From Bdellovibrio sp. (lineage in GTDB: Bacteria; Bdellovibrionota; Bdellovibrionia; Bdellovibrionales; Bdellovibrionaceae): 64,000 nucleotides of DNA. The notes below the pieces were generated by a model. That model had not been told where the DNA came from and ran no database searches. It was given only the letters and a program-made list of their open reading frames with translations. Position numbers and translations under genes: made by a program. Positions within the stretch are counted from its first letter, which is position 1; every line of letters starts with the position of its first letter. The DNA is taken from the NCBI GenBank assembly GCA_036676395.1, contig JAKFCY010000002.1, forward strand, positions 384,001-448,000, in the 5' to 3' direction. This document shows positions 18,555 through 27,111 of this stretch, one piece after another.

Positions 18555-18888
18555 CGTATTCTAAAGCTTCACGGGTTAATACCCGCGAAAACAGCACGAA
18601 ATTCACAACTCCGGTCATAACAGTACAAACTCCAAATAACAAAACGATCCAATTGCGTTCTGATTCTAAATAAGTTCTTAAATTGTATGACAGAGGAATA
18701 TTATTTTCGAAAAAGCTGTAATTTTGCAAAGACCAATAAAGCAATGGAGATAGAACAATCGCCTGCAACGCTAGACCTATTAAAGCATATTTAAGCGTTG
18801 CCCCATGGCGGTGCTTTAAGCTTTGATGCTTTTCTAAAAAGAAGTTCCAGCGTGGTTTTCGTTTACCGAAATGAAGTCCTATCTGCAT
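18499..18888 (-). CDS. Hypothetical 2-TM membrane protein overlapping the smpB 3' end
   Basis: Two hydrophobic segments flanking QNYSFF...YLESERNW; -10-like TAAACT 7 nt before ATG. Confidence 0.6.
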   Translation of the reverse strand: MQIGLHFGKRKPRWNFFLEKHQSLKHRHGATLKYALIGLALQAIVLSPLLYWSLQNYSFFENNIPLSYNLRTYLESERNWIVLLFGVCTVMTGVVNFVLFSRVLTREALEYANVIELSPDEAAGQRHVS

Positions 18889-18948
18889 ACCTAACAGTTT
18901 AAATTAAAAGTGATTGTCTTCTAGTCCATGATTTATCAGAATTGATAT

Positions 18949-19614
18949 ATGAAACAATTACTTAACATTCTATTCCTTGGTTGTGTCATTTTGGGTTGCC
19001 AAATTAAAACAGAGCGCGGCGATGGTCCAGATGAAGCCTCGACTTTGAACGCAGAATCCAGTGCGCGCGATAAATTAAAAAAAGACCCACGCCAAGATGA
19101 ACGTTACAGTTTGGTTGAAGACCGCACTAAGTTTGACGAGTTACGCAAAGACATTCCGGTCGAAACTAAGATTCGTAATGACGAGCGGGCTTTGTACATG
19201 GAGTGGATGGCTGAATACCAACGCGATCCATCTGATATTCGCAGTAAGTTTTCAACGCTGGTGATGAAAAAGCGTGAAAACTTTAATAAAGACATGAATA
19301 AGATTCGTGATCAGTACAACAAAGAAGAGACTAAGAAAAAAGATGTCTTTAATAAGTCTTTGGCTGAAGAGCGTAATGAAATTAAAGATCAAAAAGTAAC
19401 TCGCGAGAAACGCACTGAAATGTATTCTGAAATTGATGGCAAAAGAAAAGATTTTTATGCTCAATTGCGTGAAGATCGTGATTCTTTTGAAACTGATTAC
19501 CGCCAGAAGCGTAAAGACTTTGAAGAATATATCAAAGAGAAGAGCGATGTTTTTTACGCTGAGTTAAAAGAATATACTGTTAAGTTTAATGAACTGAAAA
19601 AACAGAAGAAGTAA
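18949..19614 (+). CDS. Lipoprotein with long charged amphipathic helices (11-residue periodicity)
   Basis: Lipobox ILGC; aromatic residues every 11 aa in a K/E/R/D-rich helix. Confidence 0.75.
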   Translation: MKQLLNILFLGCVILGCQIKTERGDGPDEASTLNAESSARDKLKKDPRQDERYSLVEDRTKFDELRKDIPVETKIRNDERALYMEWMAEYQRDPSDIRSKFSTLVMKKRENFNKDMNKIRDQYNKEETKKKDVFNKSLAEERNEIKDQKVTREKRTEMYSEIDGKRKDFYAQLREDRDSFETDYRQKRKDFEEYIKEKSDVFYAELKEYTVKFNELKKQKK

Positions 19615-20289
19615 TTAAGCTTCTTCTGCGTCTTTGCCGCGCGCGATACGATCAACCTGAATTAGAGTTTGATGTAACGTAGATAACAATGCTGGCTCGA
19701 TGAAGCCAAATTTAATACCGACGACTTGTGTGTTGATCTCTTGGTAGAATTTAGTAAACGCTACAGTCGCATCCACTGTTACTCCGCCAAATTCTAATAA
19801 CTGCACCCAGATACGAATATCTGATTCAATCGGCAGATCAATTTCACTCGTAGTTTTGATGCCGACTTTGCACCCGCCAAGGCTGATATCTTGTAATTCA
19901 TATTTAAATCGGGGATGGTCTAAGATTTTGAATTCGTGTGATAAGTTCATCGGCACTGAAAATCTGAAATTTGTACGACGTTGAATTTTATAAATCTTTT
20001 CTGGATATTTTACTAAATAGTAATTATCAGATGTCGTCATTTTGGCGCGAAAGAAATGTGGTTCACCGCCGCATGTGAAGGTACAAAAAATACTTGTCGT
20101 TTCGTAGTCGTAAGGAAATTTTTTAAAAATTGCAAGATCAGAACCATCAACTTTTACGAATGAGGACTTGGTGTGGATGTCATAAACTTTGAAAGTTACT
20201 TCAACGTTATTTTCAGTAATATAGCTAACGATATCTTTATGCGCCGAACTATCTAGCGGCGTAAAGTAGTTCACCATATTGTTTTCCAT
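19615..20289 (-). CDS. PilZ-domain c-di-GMP receptor, YcgR/flagellar-brake-like
   Basis: QRRTNFR (RxxxR) and DISLGG (DxSxxG) after an N-terminal beta domain. Confidence 0.85.
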   Translation of the reverse strand: MENNMVNYFTPLDSSAHKDIVSYITENNVEVTFKVYDIHTKSSFVKVDGSDLAIFKKFPYDYETTSIFCTFTCGGEPHFFRAKMTTSDNYYLVKYPEKIYKIQRRTNFRFSVPMNLSHEFKILDHPRFKYELQDISLGGCKVGIKTTSEIDLPIESDIRIWVQLLEFGGVTVDATVAFTKFYQEINTQVVGIKFGFIEPALLSTLHQTLIQVDRIARGKDAEEA

Positions 20290-21227
20290 TAGTTCTCCTG
20301 CTTAATCCAAGTCACTTCGTTCTTGTTGTGATAAAGTCTGACTACTTTAGAATCAGGTATTTTTAGAAATTTATCAATAATTTCGAAGTCGCAGTCACCT
20401 TTGAATTTGATGGTGCAGACAAAGTTTTTCACTCGACCATGGGCCAGCCAAAACTGAACTGTTTCGTAAATTTTTTCAGGGGTGCAGATTAAATCAGAGA
20501 AGAGCCAACTGCAGTCACTAAACTCATCCGGATCGATCTTAAATGCATCGCCTTTAACGTGGGCGATGTTCTTAATTTTTTTTACTTTCGGATCAAGATC
20601 TGCTCGGTCGAAAGTATAGACTTTTTCAAAGTGCTGACTCAAAACCCAACTCCAACCCCCGGGGGCTGCTCCGATTTCGATGGCGCAGTCTTCAGGTTTG
20701 ATTTTTAAATCCAATGTCGCAAAGACTTCCCAGAGTTTTAAGTAAGCCCTGTTGGGTGGAAAGTCTTTATCTTCGTCGAACTCATGCCAGCCGGCCGGGT
20801 AGTTTTTCAAAGGCGATAGTGAATAAATCACAACATCTTCGTATGTCGTCCAAATGTAATATTTAAAGTTAAATTTTTTCTTAACTGGAAACTTAATCCG
20901 TTTTTCAGGAATGCTTTTTAGGCGGCCAAACAAGCTTTCGATGGCTTTGTTTTTTTCAGTTTTATAGTGGTAAGCCAACAGAGGCAGTGCTTTAAGCTTT
21001 AGTTGTAGCTCTTTGTCAGGCAGAGCTGCATGGCAATCGCGCCAATGATCTTGTGCCCAAATAATGGTTTCATCAGTGGGTTCAATAATAAATAATTTTT
21101 CAGTTTTAATAAAAACTTTGATATTTTTAACCAAGAGCTCTTTTTCAAGCTCTTGGTTAAATTTAAGAAATGGAATTAGAACTTCAAAACTAAGCTGCGA
21201 CTTTTTGAGCTGGTGATAATAATCCAT
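20289..21227 (-). CDS. FtsJ-family SAM-dependent 2'-O-methyltransferase, RlmM-like
   Basis: PPNRAYLKLWE, EIGAAPGGWS, SD, K, E.T catalytic pattern. Confidence 0.75.
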   Translation of the reverse strand: MDYYHQLKKSQLSFEVLIPFLKFNQELEKELLVKNIKVFIKTEKLFIIEPTDETIIWAQDHWRDCHAALPDKELQLKLKALPLLAYHYKTEKNKAIESLFGRLKSIPEKRIKFPVKKKFNFKYYIWTTYEDVVIYSLSPLKNYPAGWHEFDEDKDFPPNRAYLKLWEVFATLDLKIKPEDCAIEIGAAPGGWSWVLSQHFEKVYTFDRADLDPKVKKIKNIAHVKGDAFKIDPDEFSDCSWLFSDLICTPEKIYETVQFWLAHGRVKNFVCTIKFKGDCDFEIIDKFLKIPDSKVVRLYHNKNEVTWIKQEN

Positions 21228-21483
21228 GTTGATTTAATGCGTTTGTAGCAAGCTCCCAAAAGTTTTCTTTTAATACGATCTCTTTAGCATTGTATTTCAA
21301 TTTTGGAAAAGTTGCGGCATAAAAATGATTACAAAAATCATTTTCGTTCGTGCGGGCAAACTTCATTAGCATATTAAAGTGAACATCAGTGAAAGGGCCT
21401 GAAATTAACATTTTACGTAATGCACTCTCAGGGGTGTTAATTAAAAAACTGTGTAATAAACCGCCGTCGTAAATCATGCTCAT
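21190..21483 (-). CDS. Small hypothetical protein
   Basis: AAGGAGA SD; sigma28-like promoter upstream. Confidence 0.7.
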   Translation of the reverse strand: MSMIYDGGLLHSFLINTPESALRKMLISGPFTDVHFNMLMKFARTNENDFCNHFYAATFPKLKYNAKEIVLKENFWELATNALNQHGLLSPAQKVAA

Positions 21484-21512
21484 GGAAGATCTCCTTGTTA
21501 AATCTAGATAAG

Positions 21513-21540
21513 CTATCGGCCTAAAGTCCGGGTGAATTGA
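21513..21540 (-). promoter_or_regulatory. Sigma28 (FliA)-type promoter
   Basis: Minus strand TCAA-N16-GCCGATAG. Confidence 0.65.
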
Positions 21541-21720
21541 GTTATATTTTAAATTCAGTTTAATTGAGGCCTATCAAGCACTTAGACCGTCTCAAAAAGT
21601 GACAATACCCGTAACACCAGTGAACTTTCTTCATGAAACCTCCCTGTAAGAAACACAATTTTTGCCTCTGAAAGCGGCGGTGTTTTCCTTTAGGCCACGC
21701 TTGGTGTAAAAGCTTAGCCT

Positions 21721-23199
21721 ATGGCAACAGACAATCAAAATACCGGTGTTAATAACGAGGGCCTCGTTGGTCCGCATATCGAGATCGAAAACCGTTCACA
21801 GGAATTACACCGTGAACTGAGTTTAAGCGAAATCACGACTATTGCGCTTCGCAATTGGCCGCTATTTTTAGTTTTGTTCGTAGTCACGACAGCTGTTGGG
21901 CTTTCTTTCTACAAATGGAAAAACCCGTATATTGCTAAAACCACAATCATCATCAACGACAATCAAAATTCACAGTTACAGTCTTTCAGCATGGCTTTGG
22001 CGGGTAATGCTAAAACCAACGAAGCTAAAAAAGCCAATTCAATGGCGCAAAAAAATCTAGAGTATTTCAAAACGACAGATTTCTTACAAAAAGTTTTAAA
22101 CGCAGCTAATAACCCGCTTTTGAACACTGAATTAACTCTTTCAGAAAAAGCCGGGCAAAATATTTTCTTCAAACAGGTTTTGAATGATAAAACAGCTTTA
22201 ACTGAAGATGAAAAATTAAAAGCTTACCAAAAATTAGATAAAATGCTTTCAATCAAAGTTAAAAGCGATTTCGAAGTTGAGATCGCAGCAGCCAACGACC
22301 AACAAGAACTGGCTCTATATGTTTCAAATTTAACGACAAGCGTAGCTTTCGAGAGCTTAAAGCAAAGAGATGCTTTCGAGATTCAAGAAATCAACGATTA
22401 CGTGACTAAAGAAAAAACTGCAGTTGATCTTGAGCTGGCTGATTTAAATGCCAAAATGGCCAAATTCAGCGCAAGGCCTGAAAATTTAATCGCTACGACT
22501 TCTATTGATAGCATCGGGCAATATTTATCGACTTTGAAATTTCAAAAAAATGAAATCTCGATGAAGCTTGCTGAAAATAATAAATTAATCCAAACGCTAA
22601 GCTCTGGTATGGATCAGCGTCGTGAAAGCCAACTGTATGGCAACAACGGCCGTATTCAAGCATTAAAAATGGAGAACGAACAATTGCGTGCAAAGCTTGG
22701 TAATTTACAAGCTGCCTTTGATCGTACTTCAAGCGAAGCTAAAGGTATGCCTTACGCAGCGCAAATGTATGAAGAGTTAAAAAAACGTTCCGAGATGCAA
22801 TTAGAAAAATACAAAGCTCTATCAGCTGATATTTCTAAAGTTGAAGCGTTAAAGATTGCCGCTGCGAACAAATATGAAATCTTTGAAAAATCTCGCATCG
22901 ACAAAGTTGTGCCTGCGGTTTCAATGACGATCATTTTATTTTTATCAGTCCTTATTTCGCAAGTCTTAGGAAGTTTAATCATCTACTTACGCGCGATCTG
23001 GAATTCAAACATCGTAACAGCAGAATCAACTCGCAATGTTGTGGTGCTTGATAGCCATTCTTTAGATCCGCGTGTGATTATCGAAAATTCAAAAATCCGT
23101 TTCAGATTACGTCATTCGACCATCGAAGATGTCGATCAAGAAAATGGCCAGACTAAAAAGCTAGGTTTTAATTTTAAATCTAAAGATCAAAACGGGTAG
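21721..23199 (+). CDS. Wzz/GumC-like polysaccharide co-polymerase-type protein (2 TM + periplasmic coiled coil, no kinase)
   Basis: ELSLSEI..IALRNW + TM + PYIAKTTIII; long coiled coil; second TM. Confidence 0.65.
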   Translation: MATDNQNTGVNNEGLVGPHIEIENRSQELHRELSLSEITTIALRNWPLFLVLFVVTTAVGLSFYKWKNPYIAKTTIIINDNQNSQLQSFSMALAGNAKTNEAKKANSMAQKNLEYFKTTDFLQKVLNAANNPLLNTELTLSEKAGQNIFFKQVLNDKTALTEDEKLKAYQKLDKMLSIKVKSDFEVEIAAANDQQELALYVSNLTTSVAFESLKQRDAFEIQEINDYVTKEKTAVDLELADLNAKMAKFSARPENLIATTSIDSIGQYLSTLKFQKNEISMKLAENNKLIQTLSSGMDQRRESQLYGNNGRIQALKMENEQLRAKLGNLQAAFDRTSSEAKGMPYAAQMYEELKKRSEMQLEKYKALSADISKVEALKIAAANKYEIFEKSRIDKVVPAVSMTIILFLSVLISQVLGSLIIYLRAIWNSNIVTAESTRNVVVLDSHSLDPRVIIENSKIRFRLRHSTIEDVDQENGQTKKLGFNFKSKDQNG

Positions 23200-23211
23200 T
23201 CAAAAAATAAA

Positions 23212-23592
23212 ATGGCTTATGTAGATAAAGACCGCCCATCCACCTGGAAAAAATATGATAAAGACTTCTGCATTTCGTGCAGAGCTAACTGCTGTTGCAT
23301 GCCCGTAGAAGTTAAAGTCGATGATTTAATCCGCTTAGGTGTGACTGATATCGATGAGGTCACAAATTCAATTAAAAAAACTGCCAAGCGCCTTAAAAAA
23401 GAAGGCATCATCATGAGCTACCGTGAAGGCACCGAGTCCTTTATGTTGCAGCAAAAAGCCAATAGTGAATGTATCTTTATGGATTCAAAAACACGCTTCT
23501 GCACAGTGTATGAGAAGCGTCCTGAAACTTGCCGTGATTTCCCTGCTAAAATGGGAACGCGAGTTGGTTATTGTCCGGCTGAGAAAAAGTAA
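23212..23592 (+). CDS. YkgJ/FliB-like CxxCxxCC metal-binding protein
   Basis: CISCRANCCC ... CIF ... CTVYEKRPETCRDFP. Confidence 0.85.
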   Translation: MAYVDKDRPSTWKKYDKDFCISCRANCCCMPVEVKVDDLIRLGVTDIDEVTNSIKKTAKRLKKEGIIMSYREGTESFMLQQKANSECIFMDSKTRFCTVYEKRPETCRDFPAKMGTRVGYCPAEKK

Positions 23593-23631
23593 ACGCGCGC
23601 CCGACGCCAATCGAAGCGCGCGCTGGGAAAA

Positions 23632-24273
23632 CTATTTTACGTATTCAATAAGGGCGTTGTGTGCATTTCGCACTTTCTTCATCGCTTGAAATCCATCTTC
23701 AACGTGACGATAGCCCAAAGCCACAGACACAACCGATTTCCAGCCCGTACCTTCAAGACCTAAGATTTTATCGTAGGCCTCGGGGTCAAAACCTTCCATC
23801 GGTGTGGCATCGACTTTCAACAAGGCTGCAGTTTCTAAGACGAATCCTAAAGCAATGTAAGTTTGGCGTTTAGCCCATTGACGTGTTTTTTCTTCTGGAG
23901 CTTTGACGATATTTTCAATCATCATATTTTTGTATCCATCTAAAGCTTCAAGCGGTGCGCCGCGAACTTCGGCAACACGCTCAACATATTTTTGAATGAA
24001 TTTTTCATCGACAGAGTCTTTAGCTAAAAAGACAACGTAGTGACTGGCCTCAGTGACTTGAGTTTGCCCCCAAGAGACCGGTTTTAGTTTTTCTCGGACT
24101 GCGGGGTTTTCGATCACTAGAAATTTCCAAGGCTGTAACCCGTACGAGGAAGGGGCGAGGGCTAAAGATTCGGTTAATGTTTTCCAGTCTTGTGCAGAGA
24201 TTTTTTTATTTGCGTCGAATTTTTTCGTAGCGTAGCGCCATTCTAAGGCTTCTTGGATCGTTGAGTGTTGCAT
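23632..24273 (-). CDS. NAD(P)H nitroreductase / quinone reductase (NfsB-like)
   Basis: WRYATKKFD, APSSYGLQPWKF, DATPMEGFD, ALGY. Confidence 0.92.
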   Translation of the reverse strand: MQHSTIQEALEWRYATKKFDANKKISAQDWKTLTESLALAPSSYGLQPWKFLVIENPAVREKLKPVSWGQTQVTEASHYVVFLAKDSVDEKFIQKYVERVAEVRGAPLEALDGYKNMMIENIVKAPEEKTRQWAKRQTYIALGFVLETAALLKVDATPMEGFDPEAYDKILGLEGTGWKSVVSVALGYRHVEDGFQAMKKVRNAHNALIEYVK

Positions 24274-24300
24274 GTTTGAAACTCCTGTTAATATTTTAAA

Positions 24301-24361
24301 TGTAACTGTTATGGTTACAATATGAACTTGATTAGGTTTAAATGCAACAATAAAAGTTACA
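24301..24361. promoter_or_regulatory. Two Rrf2-type operator palindromes
   Basis: TGTAA-N9-TTACA at 24301-24319 and TGCAA-N9-TTACA at 24343-24361 between nitroreductase and Rrf2. Confidence 0.7.
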
Positions 24362-24448
24362 TTATAGATTTTGCCCGTAAAAACGTCTTAAAACGCGTTA
24401 AATGTGCTTATTATTGTTTCTTTTTGAGTTATGGGTTATTCTTTTTAC

Positions 24449-24859
24449 ATGTTAGATCAACGCTTTGCCGCTTCGGTGCATATTATGACTTTGTTAGCTG
24501 CTCATTCAGAAGAGCTGCAGACGTCAGATGTTTTAGCTGGATACATTCGCACAAACCCCACGGTGGTTCGTCGGTTATTAGCTAAAATGGTTGAGGCGAA
24601 ATTGATTGATTCTTTCAAGGGTAAAGCGGGTGGAGTTCGCTTAGCCAAAACCCCGAATCAAATCACTCTTAAAGATATTTACAAAGCAGTAAGTGATGAT
24701 AAAAATTTATTAAACTGCCGTGATGTTGAAGCCCCGAAAGCCTGTAAAGTCAGTTGCTCGATGAAAGAAATTTTCGAAGGCGTGGCCAGTGGCCTAGAAG
24801 CCAATTCTATGGCTTATCTGGCAAAAATTAAGCTCTCTGATATTCTTGCTAAAGTTTAA
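24449..24859 (+). CDS. Rrf2-family transcriptional regulator (YwnA/SifR-like)
   Basis: RFAASVHIM, TSDVLA..IRTNPTVVRRLL, GKAGG.RLAK..QITLKDIY; C-terminal Cys; ORF opens at 24431. Confidence 0.9.
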   Translation: MLDQRFAASVHIMTLLAAHSEELQTSDVLAGYIRTNPTVVRRLLAKMVEAKLIDSFKGKAGGVRLAKTPNQITLKDIYKAVSDDKNLLNCRDVEAPKACKVSCSMKEIFEGVASGLEANSMAYLAKIKLSDILAKV

Positions 24860-25341
24860 CCTTTTTTTAAAAAATCAAAATCACGATCTAAAACTGTTTT
24901 GCGCCCCTCAGCACGTGCCTGATCTATGGCGCGATCACATAGAACACGTATGTGATCAGATAAAACATCCATAACTGCTGCCGAAGTATTAAATTCAGAG
25001 CGGGCTTGAATATATTCTTTAAGTCGAGAGGCAATAATTAAAACTTCTTGCGGAGTTTGTGATTTGTTTGCAGAAGCAACAGCTGAAACCGTAGATGGCG
25101 GACGAACTAAAACTCTAGAAGAGGCATCGGCAGATTTGGGAGCCATTTTCTCAATGGCACCAGCATCGCGGTGTCTGGCCCCAGGTAAATGAGCATCAAA
25201 ACAAGGAACGCTACAAAACGCAAAACCCGTACGTTCTCCTGTGCAGGTTGAAACGCTACACACGTAATACCGAGCACCGAATGAAATATTTTTTTTACAG
25301 ATCGTGCACTTTTTCCAGGTTGTTGTGTCAGTGGTGTTCAT
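24856..25341 (-). CDS. Zinc-finger (ZZ-like) + bacterial histone-fold fusion protein
   Basis: C12,C15,C28,C33,C43,C47,H51,H57; C-terminal EVLIIASRLKEYI..NTS..VMDVLS..LCDRA..ARAEGRKTVLDRD histone signature. Confidence 0.85.
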   Translation of the reverse strand: MNTTDTTTWKKCTICKKNISFGARYYVCSVSTCTGERTGFAFCSVPCFDAHLPGARHRDAGAIEKMAPKSADASSRVLVRPPSTVSAVASANKSQTPQEVLIIASRLKEYIQARSEFNTSAAVMDVLSDHIRVLCDRAIDQARAEGRKTVLDRDFDFLKKG

Positions 25342-25347
25342 TCACAA

Positions 25348-25376
25348 AGGATATCCAGCGTCTCACTCTGAGACAA
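25348..25376 (-). promoter_or_regulatory. Sigma70-type leaderless promoter of the histone gene, overlapped by palindrome GTCTCA-N3-TGAGAC
   Basis: TTGTCT-N17-TATCCT-N6-ATG on the minus strand; perfect palindrome at 25360-25374. Confidence 0.55.
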
Positions 25377-25481
25377 CTGTAAAATCACTCTACATAAGTG
25401 CATACCCAAAAACGTCATTTTAACTCTGTGTCTAAGAATGACATGCCTATGGCCATCGTATGCGCCTACAGCGTGCCAACT

Positions 25482-25497
25482 TGGTTTCATAACTGCA
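25482..25497 (+). promoter_or_regulatory. Possible sigma54 promoter
   Basis: TGGTTTCATAACTGCA (GG-N10-GC) ~30 nt before the SD-led ATG 25527. Confidence 0.5.
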
Positions 25498-25526
25498 TTA
25501 CTAACTCGTATAACGAAGGAGCAATT

Positions 25527-26633
25527 ATGAACTTATCATTCACAAAACAAGAAAAGCTGGCTTTAGCAGGTTTACTGGTTTGCTGTATTGGTCTTGCTTC
25601 TTTCATCACTAACTTTCAAATCGTTTCAAAAACTACTGAAGTCGTTGAATCGGTAATCAATTACAAAATGGGTAAAGCAACTGAAGAGATTTCGAAGTAC
25701 TCTTTAGCAGGTCGTGAAATCGATCGCACCGTGATTAAAGCTGAAGAAGGTTTTGTAGCTAAAGTGGCTCGTAAGATTTCACAGGTTATCGCAAAAGTAA
25801 CGACTAAAAAAGACGCTAAAAAAACTGATGCTAAAAAAGCTACTGTTGCAGCTAAGAAATTACCTAACCGTGACTTTGCTAAAGTCGCACCAGCGGCTCC
25901 TAAAGTAAGACCAGCTGCTCCTGTTAAAGATGAATCTGAAGTTGCTATTGATAACTTCAATAACTCTGGCTACAGCGTTGGAGCTCCGACACAGGCACAA
26001 ACTGAAATTCAACCTACAGCTGAAACTCCTAAAAAAGTTAAAAAGACTTTAGAGCAAATCAAAGCTGAATTTATAGCGGCTCCATCTAAAGAAGCAATGA
26101 TGGCTTTAGTGGCTTCATATAAGAAAAATGAAGTTAACGCTGCTGACTTTTACCAATTTCAGTCTGAGTTATTAGAATCACAAAATGAATCATTAGTAGG
26201 ATTCGCATTGTACGGTATGCGCTTAACTCCATCTATTGAAAGCTTCAGCATGATGACTCAATACCAACCCTCTGCGACTCTGGCTTATCAAACTTATATT
26301 GACGAAGCATTGCTAAGCTATAACCAAACTTCTCAAATCCCTGTTTTAAAAACAGTGATTGGTTCTGGTGATAAAGTGGTTGTAATGAAAGCTTTAAAAG
26401 TAGTTGAAGCAGGTATCAACAGCATTAAAAACGGTACCGTATCACAATTAGTTGATAGCCGTGGTCGTCGTGAATCAACATTCTCTAACTTTAGCCTACA
26501 AAGTTATTTAACGTTATTACCAGTGATCACTCAAGCTTTAGCAAATTCACAGGATAACGAATTGTCAGCTTCTTTAGAATTGATTAAAAACTTAATCAAT
26601 GACAACAACACACAAGTTGCTGCAAATCCTTAA
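25527..26633 (+). CDS. Membrane-anchored hypothetical protein (TM, K/A/P-rich linker, helical C-domain)
   Basis: GAAGGAG SD before 25527 (ORF opens at 25398); single N-terminal TM. Confidence 0.75.
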   Translation: MNLSFTKQEKLALAGLLVCCIGLASFITNFQIVSKTTEVVESVINYKMGKATEEISKYSLAGREIDRTVIKAEEGFVAKVARKISQVIAKVTTKKDAKKTDAKKATVAAKKLPNRDFAKVAPAAPKVRPAAPVKDESEVAIDNFNNSGYSVGAPTQAQTEIQPTAETPKKVKKTLEQIKAEFIAAPSKEAMMALVASYKKNEVNAADFYQFQSELLESQNESLVGFALYGMRLTPSIESFSMMTQYQPSATLAYQTYIDEALLSYNQTSQIPVLKTVIGSGDKVVVMKALKVVEAGINSIKNGTVSQLVDSRGRRESTFSNFSLQSYLTLLPVITQALANSQDNELSASLELIKNLINDNNTQVAANP

Positions 26634-27106
26634 GTCTTAGATTTAGCGATGATGTTGGTGGTAGATTTACCATCAACGAATTGCAAAGATTTAACTTCGC
26701 CGCCGTAACTTTCAACGAAATCCCAACCCACGATTTGATCTTTCTTCCAGTCGCCACCTTTGACTAAAATATCAGGCTTAACTTTTTTGATCAGGTTGAT
26801 CGGCGTTTCTTCGCCGAACAGAACTGTGTGATCGACAGCTTTTAATGAAGCTAAGATTTCGGCGCGGTCGTTTTCGTTTTGAATTGGGCGCGTAGGGCCT
26901 TTTAAAACCTGCACTGAAGCATCGGTGTTAATACCGACGATTAATACATCACCTAAAGACTTTGCTTGTTCTAAATAACGAACATGGCCGATGTGTAATA
27001 AATCAAAACAGCCATTGGTAAATACGATTTTTTTATTAGCTTTTTTTAAGTCCGCGATGGCCTGTTCAAGAGTTTGACCTGAAAGTACTTTTGGTAACGC
27101 GGACAT
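26630..27106 (-). CDS. rfaE2: D-glycero-beta-D-manno-heptose 1-phosphate adenylyltransferase (HldE domain II)
   Basis: [32 protein letters not shown]. Confidence 0.93.
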   Translation of the reverse strand: MSALPKVLSGQTLEQAIADLKKANKKIVFTNGCFDLLHIGHVRYLEQAKSLGDVLIVGINTDASVQVLKGPTRPIQNENDRAEILASLKAVDHTVLFGEETPINLIKKVKPDILVKGGDWKKDQIVGWDFVESYGGEVKSLQFVDGKSTTNIIAKSKT

Positions 27107-27111
27107 GATAA

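Noticed and set aside
18102..18948. tmRNA (ssrA) or an integration site next to smpB
   Set aside because: No GGGG...CCA tRNA-like ends or att repeats; the space is occupied by a coding ORF
21670..21690. ops/JUMPstart-like GGCGGTG upstream of the Wzz-like gene
   Set aside because: Does not match GGCGGTAG and no long polysaccharide operon follows
23594..23622. GC-rich inverted repeat CGCGCGC...GCGCGCG between convergent genes
   Set aside because: Probably a weak terminator; single copy with no U-tract, so not called as a repeat element
24322..24585. 87-aa Cys-rich ORF
   Set aside because: Runs through the operator region and out of frame over rrf2; composition reflects AT-rich promoter DNA
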